Source of the DNA: Craspedostauros australis
Taxonomy: Eukaryota
DNA: 35,610 nt
Assembly: GCA_030167865.1 (NCBI GenBank)
Contig: JALAGF010003942.1
Span: 1 to 35,610, forward strand
Reading direction: 5' to 3'
The notes beneath the pieces were generated by a model. The model made no database searches. It saw nothing but the letters and a program-made list of their open reading frames with translations, and had not been told where the DNA came from. Shown in pieces: positions 22,639-33,677 of the stretch; positions within the stretch are counted from its first letter, which is position 1, and each line of letters starts with the position of its first letter. A program made the position numbers and the translations under genes.

Positions 22639-23931
22639 TTATGACACCTGCGCACCTGGCATGCCCTTGGCCGCCTTGATGGGTCCGCCGGAGGTCTGGC
22701 TGACAGCCTCCTTCCACACGCAGATTCCTTCATCGTTGGTCTTGAGGAAGGGTGCGAGTCCTTCGAAGATCTTCTTCTTGGCGACCTTGTTCTCCGGCTC
22801 CGGATTGCCATCGAAGCCCGCGAAGGTGACGCGCTCTCCGACCTTGGCATCCGCTGGCGGCTCCATGAACTGAACCGCCGTGTGATCCGCATTGCTGGCA
22901 CACAGGACCATGCCGTGCGAGGGAAAGCCGACGAGGTTGCGCTTCTTGAGGTTGCAGAGCACGACGACGCGGCGGTTCTCGAGATCCTCCTTCTTGTAGA
23001 ATGCGCGCAGACCCGACGCGATCTGACGCGGCGCGTCCTCACCGAGATCCACCTCCTCGCAGAAGAGCTTGTCGGATTCCGGATGCTCCCACGCCTTGAC
23101 GATCTTGCCGACGCGAATGTCCAGGGCCGAGACGGTGAAGGTGGCGGGCGCCTGCTTCTGCTGCGGCTGCTTGTTCTTCTTGCCCTTGTCCTTCTTGCCG
23201 CCCTTCTGGTTGTTCTGGTTGGCCTGCTGCTGCTGCTGCTTGTTTTTGCCCTTCTGCTGCTGGTTTCCAGCGGCCTGCTTGCCTTGCGGCTGCTTGGGCG
23301 GCGTGAAGTCCTCCGTGCCGACGAAGAAGACGGCTGGCTTCTGCTTCATGGGCTCCAGCGGCTTGGTGTTGATGCTGCGAGCAGCCAGGGCAGCCACGCA
23401 CTCCATGACCCATCGATGGACGTTGGGGAAGACCGGAATGTCGTCGCTGGCGACCGTGAGCAAGGCGCTGGCCACGTCGATGTCCGCGATGGTGCAGCTG
23501 GGCGAGGGGACGAGGAAGGAGCGCGTCGCCAGGTGACCGTCGAGCTGCTGCAGCAGGGGCTTGGCATCCTTGGAGGCGCGCAGCTGATCCGCGACGCTCA
23601 TCCAGCTGCTGATGGCGGCCAAGGCCATGGCGTTCTTCGCCGAGTTGTTGATCGCGGCCGAGTGGCCTCCCATGGCAACGAAGGCATGCTGGTTGTCCAG
23701 CGCGTTCTGCAGGCCCATGGCGCACAGGCAGCGCAGGATGGCGTTGCGCTGCGTCAACGTCTGGCCTCCGCAGAGCACCAGACTCAGGGCGGCCTTCTTC
23801 TTCGCAGCGACCTTGATCTGGAACTTCGAAGCCATCGCGAGCACCCACTTCAGCGCGGAGTCATTCTCCAGCTCTGCGTTGGACACGCTCAGCGTTCCCA
23901 GCGATGCTCCTGATACGATTCCTGCCGTCAT
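22639..23931 (-). CDS. ARC1: Arc1p/AIMP1(EMAP II)-like aminoacyl-tRNA synthetase cofactor: GST-C-like domain, K/Q-rich linker, OB-fold tRNA-binding domain
   Basis: LQQLDGHLATRSFLV...TIADI...FPNVHRW (GST-C-like). LDIRVGKIVKAWEHPESDKLFCEEVDLGEDAPRQIASGL...VLCNLKKRNLVGFPSHGMVLCAS...PPADAKVGERV (EMAP II/Trbp111 signature). Very strong GC3 bias. Confidence 0.92.
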   Translation of the reverse strand: MTAGIVSGASLGTLSVSNAELENDSALKWVLAMASKFQIKVAAKKKAALSLVLCGGQTLTQRNAILRCLCAMGLQNALDNQHAFVAMGGHSAAINNSAKNAMALAAISSWMSVADQLRASKDAKPLLQQLDGHLATRSFLVPSPSCTIADIDVASALLTVASDDIPVFPNVHRWVMECVAALAARSINTKPLEPMKQKPAVFFVGTEDFTPPKQPQGKQAAGNQQQKGKNKQQQQQANQNNQKGGKKDKGKKNKQPQQKQAPATFTVSALDIRVGKIVKAWEHPESDKLFCEEVDLGEDAPRQIASGLRAFYKKEDLENRRVVVLCNLKKRNLVGFPSHGMVLCASNADHTAVQFMEPPADAKVGERVTFAGFDGNPEPENKVAKKKIFEGLAPFLKTNDEGICVWKEAVSQTSGGPIKAAKGMPGAQVS

Positions 23932-23964
23932 TCTGCTCTTGTCTCTAACGTTGACTTTGTTGAT

Positions 23965-24080
23965 CGTTTTATGTTATGTTAATGTTATGTTTGTGATATG
24001 ATATTATATGATAATATGATATGTTATGATATGGTGTGTTTGTGATGTGTTTGTGATATGTTTGTGATGTGTTTGGGATC
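23965..24080. repeat. TG/AT-rich low-complexity tract with 11-bp repeats (TGTTTGTGAT[G/A]) in the 5' region of the ARC1-like gene
   Basis: Copies at 24037, 24048, 24059 and 24070. Confidence 0.75.
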
Positions 24081-24541
24081 TGGTTGTGTGCGATCTATTG
24101 TTTGTCATGTGTTTGGGATGTGGATCTTTGTTGTGTACAAGCATCGCACATGACAACACCAGAAACAACAACGACGAACGGCAATGCCGTGGAATCTCCA
24201 TGGTCGCTCCCTTCCATTTGTGTTCGTTCGAATGGGTTATGGGTTTCATTCGAGTGAATCCAATGGACCGATAGATCCCGACATTTAGTCTAGAGAAGTG
24301 GGTACCATCGGCATTGATCACACTCGCACGTACTCGTACCTGCGTTCGGACCGGCCACCCACTTCATGTTCTATAATATTATAGGATCTATTGCTCAAAG
24401 CCGGTCCACTCTGCTGCGATCATCGCTCACACTACAATCTACGTACTCTATTTCTTCCACTCTGCGCTGTTGTGGAAAGAACGACGCCAAGTCCCAACAA
24501 CCACACCACGCACGCTCCACTCCACTCCACTCAACTCAACT

Positions 24542-25981
24542 CTATTCGGATTCATGTGCATCTCCCACACCCACCAATAACGCTTCTGCCGTTGCCATCC
24601 CGACACTGTTGACAAACCCGGACACCCAACCGCGCGCACCGGAATCGTGCATCTTGGATTTCTGGGCGATCTCATCGAACATCTGCGACGTGCGTGCGAC
24701 TTTGAGATTGGCACGCGGATCGTCACGGTACAGGTACTGCTCTTTGCTGCCGAGGTAGTGGTGGACAACCAGCGGTGAACTGGCGTCGTCAATCCATGCC
24801 TGCTGCGCGGAACAGATGGATTTGATGGGCCGGTGGGGGTTGCACGGTGCTTCCGTGTTGGCCTTCAGGTCGGTGTCCGGGCGAACGCGCGAAATATCCA
24901 CGATGGCCTTGCCCATGCCGTTCTTCTTCGGGGGGATGTGCCAGTTCCATCGGTACGTGGCGAAATCGGATCGCTTCCAATGGGTGGCGATGCCGTCCTC
25001 GAAGGTGCTCTTGTTGGACCACACCGTGTCGACACGCGTTTCGCGAGCTCCAAACGTCAGGCGACGGAATGGGATGCAGGGGCCGGATAACATCGCCGAC
25101 GAACTGGATTGTTTGGCTCTGTTCAGGAGCTCCATCATGGTGACACGCTCGAGACTCGGTGTTGTTGCCGACTTCGCGGTTCCATGCGAGCTCGTTCTTG
25201 CATTCAATCCTGCCTGCGTGATGGGAACCGCCGCATCGTTCTTCGCTTGCATGTTTGGAATCAAGTACTCATCGATATCATGGGTCGTCACCCAGGTCCA
25301 CTTCCCTTCCGAGTGCAGTTGCAAGAAGCACTTCCTCATGAATTCATTCTGTCGAGAGAAGAAGCGGGCAGTCTTTTCGGCATCGTCCAGCTTTTCCCAC
25401 GCCTCTTCGTTCATGTCCTGCCTCCCCAGAACGAAAGTCGCATTCCAAACATCCACCTCAAGCATCCCGCGAGACGTGTATCGTTCAAGTATCTCCATCG
25501 GCGATGTCTTGGCTCGCGGGTCTGGATGGAAGATGAGGCGTCTCATCGGCATGCTGTGATAGTGGAAGGCGAGCCATTCGATGAGATTGTGGTTGTCATC
25601 CTTCCACAGCAGACACGCCGCCATGCCCGCTCCTGCAGTCGCCTTCTCATGGTAGTATGTTCCCAAACGATCCTCTTTCGCTTCTCCAGGCATCCCTGCT
25701 GATGCCAGCAATGACGAGTCTGCTCTCATTGATGAGCCTCTTGCGCTTGATGTGTCCTGTTCGATGCCTCCGGCACCCAACCATCCACGATGGGGATTGT
25801 CTTGTTGCAGACGGATAGAGACAGCGAAATGGGACCCAACCAGAATCGACGCCGCAACGATCAGGATCAACAGCATCAACGCTGTCAGTGGTTGCGCCGA
25901 TGAGCGCCTGGGCATTGTCTTGGTCCGTGATCGATCCTGTGCGGAACGAGCTGCCGAACGCGACATTGCGTGGTGTGGCAT
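24542..25981 (-). CDS. Type II membrane glycosyltransferase-like protein (GT92/GT-A fold), paralog 1
   Basis: N-terminal TM (LMLLILIVAASILVG), ACLLWKDDNHNLIEWLAFHYH, DxD motif WVTTHDIDEY, GKAIVD, HRP, VHHYLGS. Confidence 0.85.
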   Translation of the reverse strand: MPHHAMSRSAARSAQDRSRTKTMPRRSSAQPLTALMLLILIVAASILVGSHFAVSIRLQQDNPHRGWLGAGGIEQDTSSARGSSMRADSSLLASAGMPGEAKEDRLGTYYHEKATAGAGMAACLLWKDDNHNLIEWLAFHYHSMPMRRLIFHPDPRAKTSPMEILERYTSRGMLEVDVWNATFVLGRQDMNEEAWEKLDDAEKTARFFSRQNEFMRKCFLQLHSEGKWTWVTTHDIDEYLIPNMQAKNDAAVPITQAGLNARTSSHGTAKSATTPSLERVTMMELLNRAKQSSSSAMLSGPCIPFRRLTFGARETRVDTVWSNKSTFEDGIATHWKRSDFATYRWNWHIPPKKNGMGKAIVDISRVRPDTDLKANTEAPCNPHRPIKSICSAQQAWIDDASSPLVVHHYLGSKEQYLYRDDPRANLKVARTSQMFDEIAQKSKMHDSGARGWVSGFVNSVGMATAEALLVGVGDAHESE

Positions 25982-26703
25982 GACATGATCTGGTGCTCAA
26001 AGTACTGAAAATACTAAAAATACTCAATGAACGAGTATGAGTGTGATACGCAGCACTTGCAGCTATAGTTGTGCTGGAAGAGATGCATCCACGCTCTCGA
26101 TTCCACTGTGTCTGCTCGTACGAGCCAAAACAGAGACTGGACCAAGCACGGGCTCTTTCGGAGGCAGACCACCAATGCCTGCACGGGAGTGCTGTTGCGA
26201 GTGTGACGCTGCGAGTGTGATACCAGGTGAAGACAGTGGAAGTTTGGTGATACAACTATGCGTACGACCGTCTCTCTTCCTCCTGTTGCTTTTGGATTTG
26301 TCGATTTCGCGCCAAATTGCCCAAGATCGTGTTCGGGTTCTGTTTGGTCGATTGACACCAGTTCCGATTCTGGTTTGGATACGTGGACGTGATTGGGCGA
26401 AGCGCATCAACGTGGTACGTACGGCTACCATACTCGGGCTATGCACACTCTGCGCATCGGAGCAAAGCCCTGGTATTCTACGATGTGGAGCTTTGCGGGT
26501 ACGACGTCTCTTTCGAGTATGGTACTCTCCGAACTATTCTATTATTCTAGAGTAGTCCACTGTGTGCCGTGAAGTGCAACGTAATGTCCTATTATATCAT
26601 ACAATACTAAACTATGGTCGAGTCCTCCATGCAGTACCATAGAATACTGAACAACCGAGCACAAGCGCACACGCGCAGATCACGCAAGGTCGGCGATTTA
26701 TCT

Positions 26704-28089
26704 TCACCTCCGCCTTCTCCTTTGAGTGTGATAGCTCTCTCCCACTCCCTCCAGCAAGGCAGTCGCCCGTTCCAATCCCACATCCTTGACAAAGCCCGAC
26801 AGCCAACCGTGTGCGCTCTTGTCGAGGGCGGTCGACTCCTTCTTGTTCTTCTCGAATGTCTCGATTGTCCTGGTCACCTTCATGCCCGTGCGTGGGTCGT
26901 CGCGGAACATGAACTGCTGCTGATCACCGATATAGTGGTGCATCACGAGGGGTGACTCGCGCGCCCTTCTCCAAGCCTGGGCGGCGGGGCAGATGGTCTT
27001 GATCGGCCTGTGCGGGTTGCTCGAGCGGAAGTTGGCCAAATCGACGTCCGGCCGGACCCGGGATAGATCCACGATGCCCTTTCCCATGGCCGTGCCGTCT
27101 CCCGGGATACGCCAATTCCATCGGTATGTGATGAACTTGGATTGCTGCCAAGCTGTGGGCATGCCTTCGAACACGGTGCTGTTCGATGCTGCGATGTCCT
27201 CCTCCGTCTCACGCGCCCCAAACAGAAAGCGACGAAAGCCAACACAGGGACTCGAAAGCGTGCTGGATATATTGGCTTGTCTGCCCAATTCCAGCAGCTC
27301 AATCATTGTGATGTGCTCAAACGTTGGCAAGGACCCTGCTGCTGCTGGCGTACCTGATTCAGCTATAGCTGCCTCACTCGATCTGCTCGGATGAGTTGCT
27401 TCGTCTGCTGCCCCATTGACCTCGATGCGAATGGCTTCTTCTGCTTGGACGTGCTGATTGGGGATGAGGTACTCATCGATATCATGCGCAGTCACCCAAG
27501 TCCACTTCCCTTCCGAGTGCAATTGCAAGAAGCACTTCCTCATGAATTCATACTGCCGCTCATAGAAGACATTGGTCTGCCGTGTGGGTTCCAGCTTATT
27601 CCACGCCTCTTCGCTCATGTCTTTCTTCCCCAGAACAAAGGTCGCATTCCACACATCCACGTCCAACATCCCGCGAGACGTGTATCGTTCGAGTATCTCC
27701 ATGGGCGATGTCTTGGCACGTGGATCTGGATGGAAGATGAGCCGTCTCATCGGCATGTTGTGATAGTGGAAGGCGAGCCATTCAATGAGATTGTGGTTGT
27801 CGTCCTTCCACAGCAGACACGCCGCCATGCCTGCTCCTGCTGAGATGCCATCATGATGGTACCTTCCGATGGGAACCTCTTTCTCCGAGTCTGACTCGTC
27901 CTCGTCTTCGCCAAATGACACTGCGCTCATCATATTCATTATCTCGAGCATGTCTTCCATGGGTCTTCCGACGTTAAGATGACCGAGATACGAGGATTGC
28001 CATGTGGAAGGCCCTGTGAACTGCACTGCAACGAGCAGGCCGAGGACCGCAATCACCATGATGGCATTCGTCGATTTCTTTGACATCAT
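26704..28089 (-). CDS. Type II membrane glycosyltransferase-like protein (GT92/GT-A fold), paralog 2
   Basis: Start taken at MMSKK (28089) just before the TM (IMVIAVLGLLVAVQF). Same motifs as paralog 1, including HDIDEY. Confidence 0.85.
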   Translation of the reverse strand: MMSKKSTNAIMVIAVLGLLVAVQFTGPSTWQSSYLGHLNVGRPMEDMLEIMNMMSAVSFGEDEDESDSEKEVPIGRYHHDGISAGAGMAACLLWKDDNHNLIEWLAFHYHNMPMRRLIFHPDPRAKTSPMEILERYTSRGMLDVDVWNATFVLGKKDMSEEAWNKLEPTRQTNVFYERQYEFMRKCFLQLHSEGKWTWVTAHDIDEYLIPNQHVQAEEAIRIEVNGAADEATHPSRSSEAAIAESGTPAAAGSLPTFEHITMIELLELGRQANISSTLSSPCVGFRRFLFGARETEEDIAASNSTVFEGMPTAWQQSKFITYRWNWRIPGDGTAMGKGIVDLSRVRPDVDLANFRSSNPHRPIKTICPAAQAWRRARESPLVMHHYIGDQQQFMFRDDPRTGMKVTRTIETFEKNKKESTALDKSAHGWLSGFVKDVGLERATALLEGVGESYHTQRRRRR

Positions 28090-28584
28090 CTCTTTGGTTG
28101 TCTGCTTATGCCGAAGAGATGTATGGCTCGAGGGGTTTGGAAGGCCGCAGACCAACGAGGCGCAAACCGATGTGCGTAAGGCAACAGTCAACCAATGTGA
28201 TGATGAACCAGGCCCATCCCTCGATGTACGATTAACACGAGATGGCCGCATGTGTTGGGTATTGTGGTGTTGTGGTGTTGTGGTGTTGTGACGTTGCTTC
28301 CTGTCGGTTTGGTTCCGTTCCGTTTCTTGTTGTTGTTTTGATCATCGTGGGGGTTTGCTTGTTTCGAACAGTTTCGACGGCATTCATGACATCTGGTTAG
28401 ACGTTTCATTTGGCAGCTAGATGGCGATTCTTCCACCGAATGCGATCTCCATCTTGTCCAATCTGTTGGTCTTGTTCGTGGAGCAGCTTGTGGAGCAGTT
28501 CGTAACACACTCGCACATACGAGTACCGACGACGCATAAAATATAGATCATGTATAAATTAGTATCTAGAGACTGATCAGAACT

Positions 28585-30063
28585 TCATCTTGTGTCTGTT
28601 GGCTGTGATTCGGCAGGAGGAACCACATCATGAAGCTCGCCAACGTCCCGCAACAAAACTTGCGCCGTCTCGTAACCCACGCTCCTGACAAACCCCGAGA
28701 CCCAGCCTCGCGTGTTGGTGTCGAAGATCTTGGACCGCTGGATATTTCGTTCGAACACTTCGTCCGTCCGAGTCCATTTCAAACCAGCACGGGGATCTTC
28801 GCGGAACGTGAAGTGATGCCGATCACCGATGTAATGATGCATCACGATTGGCGACAAGTTGGCATTCATGTGACCTTGCGCTTGCGTGCAGATGGCCTTA
28901 ATCGGTCTGTGCGGATTGCAAGAGCGCTTGCCCAGATCTTTGGCTGGGTCGATGCCAGATATGTCCACGATAGCCTTTCCCATGCCGCTTTTATCAAACG
29001 GAATGTGCCAGTTCCACCGATATGTGTTGAACTTGGATTGTTTCCATGGGGTGGATATGCCTTCGAATTCCGTCGTGTTGGTTGCTGCGATATCACGGCT
29101 CCTCTCGCGAGATCCAAACAGCAACCGGCGGGCACCGACACAGGGACTCGAGATCATGGCGGAGATATTGGACCGCCTTCCCAAGTCCAGGAGCTCCATC
29201 ATCGTGATACGGTCGAACGTTGGGAGTATCGTCGCCTTGTTCGCTGACGCTTGTGCTGTTGTCGTTGCTCTCGATTGCTGCGACGAGTGCGAATCATCGA
29301 CGGAGATCCCAATGCGATATTCCGGCATCACATGCTGATTGGGAATGAGGAATTCGTCACTGTCATGCGTCGTCACCCATGACCACTTCCCCTCCGAATG
29401 CAATTGCAAGAAGCACTTCCTCATGAACTCCTGCTGCCGACGGCAGAAATAATCCGTCTGCTGCCTGGGATCCATGGCCTCGTATTGCTCGTCGGACAGC
29501 GCAGCATTGCCAAGAACATAGGTCGCATTCCAGATATCCAAGTCCAACATTCCACGAGACGTGTATCGTTCGAGTATCTCCATGGGCGATGTCTTGGCAC
29601 GTGGATCCGGATGGAAGATGACGCGCCTCATCGGCATGTTGTGGTAGTGGAAAGCGAGCCATTCGACGAGGTTGTCGTTGTCGTCCTTCCACAGCAGACA
29701 CGCCGCCATGCCCGCTCCTGCTGTGACGTCGTCATGATGGTACCTTCCGATGGGGACATCCTTGAATGACCCCGGTTGCTCCTGAACGAGGGTGGCATCC
29801 GATGTTTCTGCCAGGACTTCGGTCAATCGAAGGAGATCATCCGCGGCATCATCGGTGCCGAGTTGGGAGGCATTGCGGCTCGCCCATCTGCCGGCGACCG
29901 CGAATTGCAATGCGGCCAGCAATGCGACTGGCAACAACATCAATGAAAGAACGGACGGCTTCTTTTCCGTCGTTGTCATTGTCGTCTTCTTCTTCTTCGT
30001 CTTCCGTCTATTGATCTTGCTCCGTCTTGGTTTCTTGGGATCTTTGGTTTCTTGGTCTTCCAT
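28585..30063 (-). CDS. Type II membrane glycosyltransferase-like protein (GT92/GT-A fold), paralog 3
   Basis: Basic cytosolic tail, TM (LSLMLLPVALLAALQFAV), ACLLWKDDNDNLVEWLAFHYH, HDSDEF, GKAIVD, HHYIGD. Confidence 0.85.
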   Translation of the reverse strand: MEDQETKDPKKPRRSKINRRKTKKKKTTMTTTEKKPSVLSLMLLPVALLAALQFAVAGRWASRNASQLGTDDAADDLLRLTEVLAETSDATLVQEQPGSFKDVPIGRYHHDDVTAGAGMAACLLWKDDNDNLVEWLAFHYHNMPMRRVIFHPDPRAKTSPMEILERYTSRGMLDLDIWNATYVLGNAALSDEQYEAMDPRQQTDYFCRRQQEFMRKCFLQLHSEGKWSWVTTHDSDEFLIPNQHVMPEYRIGISVDDSHSSQQSRATTTAQASANKATILPTFDRITMMELLDLGRRSNISAMISSPCVGARRLLFGSRERSRDIAATNTTEFEGISTPWKQSKFNTYRWNWHIPFDKSGMGKAIVDISGIDPAKDLGKRSCNPHRPIKAICTQAQGHMNANLSPIVMHHYIGDRHHFTFREDPRAGLKWTRTDEVFERNIQRSKIFDTNTRGWVSGFVRSVGYETAQVLLRDVGELHDVVPPAESQPTDTR

Positions 30064-30520
30064 GATTCTGATGTCCGCGAGATGCAGAGAGGGAGAGAGA
30101 GAAAAAGAGGTGTATTGGCAGGAAGGTGCTGATTGTGTTCGTCCTGGGTGGAGGCAAGGAAAGTGGAGTAGTCGTACTCGGCAGAGCAGGGCGGAATGGA
30201 GTGGTCAAGTGTTGAGCAGACGTGAACAAGGTGATAGAGAAAGCTGCCAAAGGGCACTAGTAGCTGGTGCGAACGTCTTGGGCTGTTGTTGCGTGCGCTG
30301 TTGGGAGGTTTCGTTTCGTATTTGCGAGTTGTGCGAACACAATGGTGACTTCCTGAAACCCGAAAATTGAATCTGAAGGACAACCCATGGCCCAATTCTG
30401 CGACAGTCCGAGCCGGTCATGCCCAAAAACAGCTTCGGGAAATAGCCATCTGTGGCTCTGTTTTTCGGGTTGGAGGAAGATCCCGAAATACCTTGTGTCC
30501 CGTGAAGTGGTTGTCTCCAA

Positions 30521-30669
30521 GTGCCTCAAAGAGCCGGCTGTCACCAATTTTTTTGTTACAGTTGGTTACAAGAAAAATGTCGTGTAGAATGTAGTACATT
30601 TTCTACGTAAGTCCCGAACAAAAAAGGCCAAAAACAGCATCAACCAAAGTTAAACTCTCCGGACTTAGC
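30521..30669. repeat. Left terminal/subterminal inverted repeat block
   Basis: 17-bp TIR (30521-30537), GTTACAGTTGGTTACA (30555-30570) and TCTCCGGACTTAGC (30656-30669). Confidence 0.85.
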
Positions 30670-31013
30670 TTGTATGGACCATCCTGTACTCGTCTCTCTA
30701 TTGTAGCATCATATGGCGTTTGTATATATAATACTAAAGTTTGGTGTCTGTTGCTCTCTTGCTCGGTGAGCACTGATGTGATTCATCAAGCACCCCCATC
30801 ATTCACGAATGCGTTCAGGCATTCGAGACGTGTTTGGGCACCACAGACACGTTTGGAATCGTCACACGCATCATCTTCGCTTCCCCACCTCACAATTTTG
30901 TTCATGATGCATTGCCAACACCCTTGGCGAGAGACAACAACACAGTCAAATCAATCAATTGATGCCCTCTTCACACGCACACAGATCATATTGTATGTAA
31001 GTGCATTTATGGA

Positions 31014-33677
31014 TTAGTGTGAATTTCCCTCGTCGCTCGTGGCATGTGTGTGGAAGCACGCGCGGGTGTCACCTTTTTTTGGGACTGCTGGGCAGCACCA
31101 CACGAGCGTCCCAGGCGCAGATGATGGGCAATGCTCACATACGAAGCAGACAACCTTCTTGCAGATGACACATCTTCCTCGTGCCAATCTCTGACCTTGC
31201 TTCAAGCACCCATTGGTGTCCTTATAGACATTTGATAGCTGCTTCCGTGCTTTCACCAGGTGGTGATGGCCGATTCGGTGTGGTGATTGTTTCTGTTGCT
31301 GTTGTGGTTGGTTGTTGTTGTTGGTCGCGCTGTCGTTTGGCTCGTTGGATGCTTTCGCCCCATCGTCCACGGCACCGTTGGCGTGCCCTTGTGGCAGAAT
31401 AGATATGGTTTCCAGACATCGTGGTGTGTCATATTCCTCGTTGAAGATCATGTCCTGCGCGAGCATGTTGATGAAGGTTCGCAGGGTAACCTGTTTGTGC
31501 CTGTGTCAAGACCCGAGATGATACGTGTACGCCTTCATTGCATCCACGACAGTGAGGGCGAACAAAGTCGTCGCCAGGCGGAAATACCCGTCCTTTGTCA
31601 CCCAGATCCTCTCGAGTCCCAACACATCTTGGCGAACATGATTGTAGATGTCCACAGCACTGCATGCACCAAAATACTTACTGGCCACCTTGGGTCTTGG
31701 GACCTCCTTCGTTCGATGCCTGCGTTCGTCGTCGATCCATGTTGCGATGTAGGGTGTGGATGCCCCCAAAAGTCCTGATCCAGAGGAGAACACAAATGGA
31801 ATCACTGAATTGCGCGAGTACTTGTATCCCATGGCATATATATCTGTTGCGGCATCATCACAATTGACATCCCCATCGTCGCGGTTGCGTTTCAGAAGCA
31901 GCTGTGTTCCGGAGGGCCAATCGCTCATCTTTTCTTGGAGGAACTTGAGTGGGAAGCCAGCGGACGAGGTTTTGATGATTCCAATGAATCCTGAATTTGC
32001 CTTCACAGCGATCTCCGAGCACGTCTGCACAGAGGCGAACCATGAATCTCCAATGAAAATGCTTCTTGGGAAGGAAAACTCTGACGTGTCGATGTGGATG
32101 TTGTTTTGCCCGATGTCATGCGTTGCCAGAGCCATGCGCAGAGAACAGGCAACAGTTGCTTTCCTGCAATCTCTCACGTGATCGGCCTGGTCCATCTCTC
32201 GCTTTCCGCGTTGAATCTCCAAATGAAACATGATACCGGTTTTGCCATCAGCAACGGTTTTAAACTCCACCCCAAGTGGTTCCGGCTTGCGCGGAATGTG
32301 CGTCAGATGTGGAAGGTTTCCAGTGGGCGTCAGACAAGGCTTATACGCAATCATGCTTTCGTCCATGACTATTACCTGACCCGGAATGATCGTGTCACAA
32401 CGATGTTTGTTGAATAACTCCACCCCAGGTTGAATTTTCCACCACTTGTCGCTGTGTTGCCTGGCCGGGTCAGAGAACAGGTAAGGAATGAAGTGTTTGC
32501 GGATGTGTTTGAATCGGTGGAAAGGCATGTGCTTTGTGAGATCTCTTACGTCACAGAAGCCTTCACTCATCCGGTCACCCCAGAGCTTCATGGTAGAATC
32601 CAGCTTGCCAACAAGCATGATCCCAAAAAACACCCACAATTTGCGCTCTGATACAGGGTGTTCGTTGCGCCGGCCGCCAACATCAATTATGCCTGCATTG
32701 ATTCGCCTGTTGAGAGCGTCAATTTGTCGTTTCCAATCACCTGGCCACAGATGTTGCACCAGTCCCAGCAGGTTGATGCGGTCACAGTTGGTGTCATCTC
32801 GCGAACATTTTTTGCCGAAGTCAAAACCTGCCACACCAAGCTTGGTTTGAGGCTCATCGTCGCACTGTTCAATACATTTGTCATCAACGACTGTCCACGA
32901 TGCTGCATTCTTCTGCTTGCCAACTGTGACTGAAGTATTCATCAATTGATTCTTCTCCTCCATGTGTGAGCATCCTGCTGGCTCTTGTTCACGTAGCATG
33001 ACGTAGTCCAATTCATCACCCGTGAGCACATCGCCTGTGCTCAGGTCAAAGGTTGAATGCAGGTCACCTGTTGCATCATCGTCACTGCAAATTGAGATTC
33101 CTGGCGCAGATCCATCCGTGTTTTGGTTGGAGACGTCCATGTCTGTGCCATGGCTGGCTGATGTGCTGTTAGGAGGGGATGAGACATTGGCAGGTTGCGA
33201 ATAAGACGCGTCACTGAGCGTTGATGTGGTGTGACAGAGGTTGTGGTATGGCGAAGTGTTGTACAGTTTGTCTAGATCAGCTGATCCTTTCCCAACACTC
33301 TGTGCGCGGATGAGCTCCGCAACACAGCTGCTGTCCAATTCGACTCGCGTCTTGTCTAGGAGGGTTAGCTTGGTCCCTGCATGTTCACACACTGCATTGA
33401 TGGAACGCCAATGTACAACCCAGTGATTCTTGGGGAGGGACTTTAGAACAACACTGTAGAGGACGCTTCGGACCTTGCCCTTGCTGTTTCCAGAGGTCAC
33501 AAGAGGTCCGCAGGGACTAGATACGTGGCTTCCAGGGCGGATCTTCATGGTGCGATGTTGCATATAGAGCAGATAGGGAGCACCACAATGCCGATCAAGC
33601 AAGGGAAGGGTTGACACTACACCTGATGTTGTTGCCATCATCGGAGCCGTGGCAGTACATCCTCCTCGTGACGTCAT
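31014..33677 (-). pseudogene. piggyBac-like transposase (DDE_Tnp_1_7 type) with C-terminal Cys-rich domain, interrupted by one in-frame TGA at 31508-31506
   Basis: Catalytic motifs VIVMDESM, RKPEPLGVEFK, FIGDSWFASV and SAVDIYNH. Past the TGA the same frame continues HRHKQVTLRTFINMLAQDMIFN...RGRCVICKKVVCFVCEHC...WCC...CFHTH to 31014. True start may be MKIRPG at 33548. Confidence 0.9.

Noticed and set aside
22882-23913. 343-aa plus-strand ORF and 269-aa alternative-frame ORF over the ARC1-like gene
   Set aside because: Shadows of a strongly GC3-biased real CDS; no recognisable motifs.
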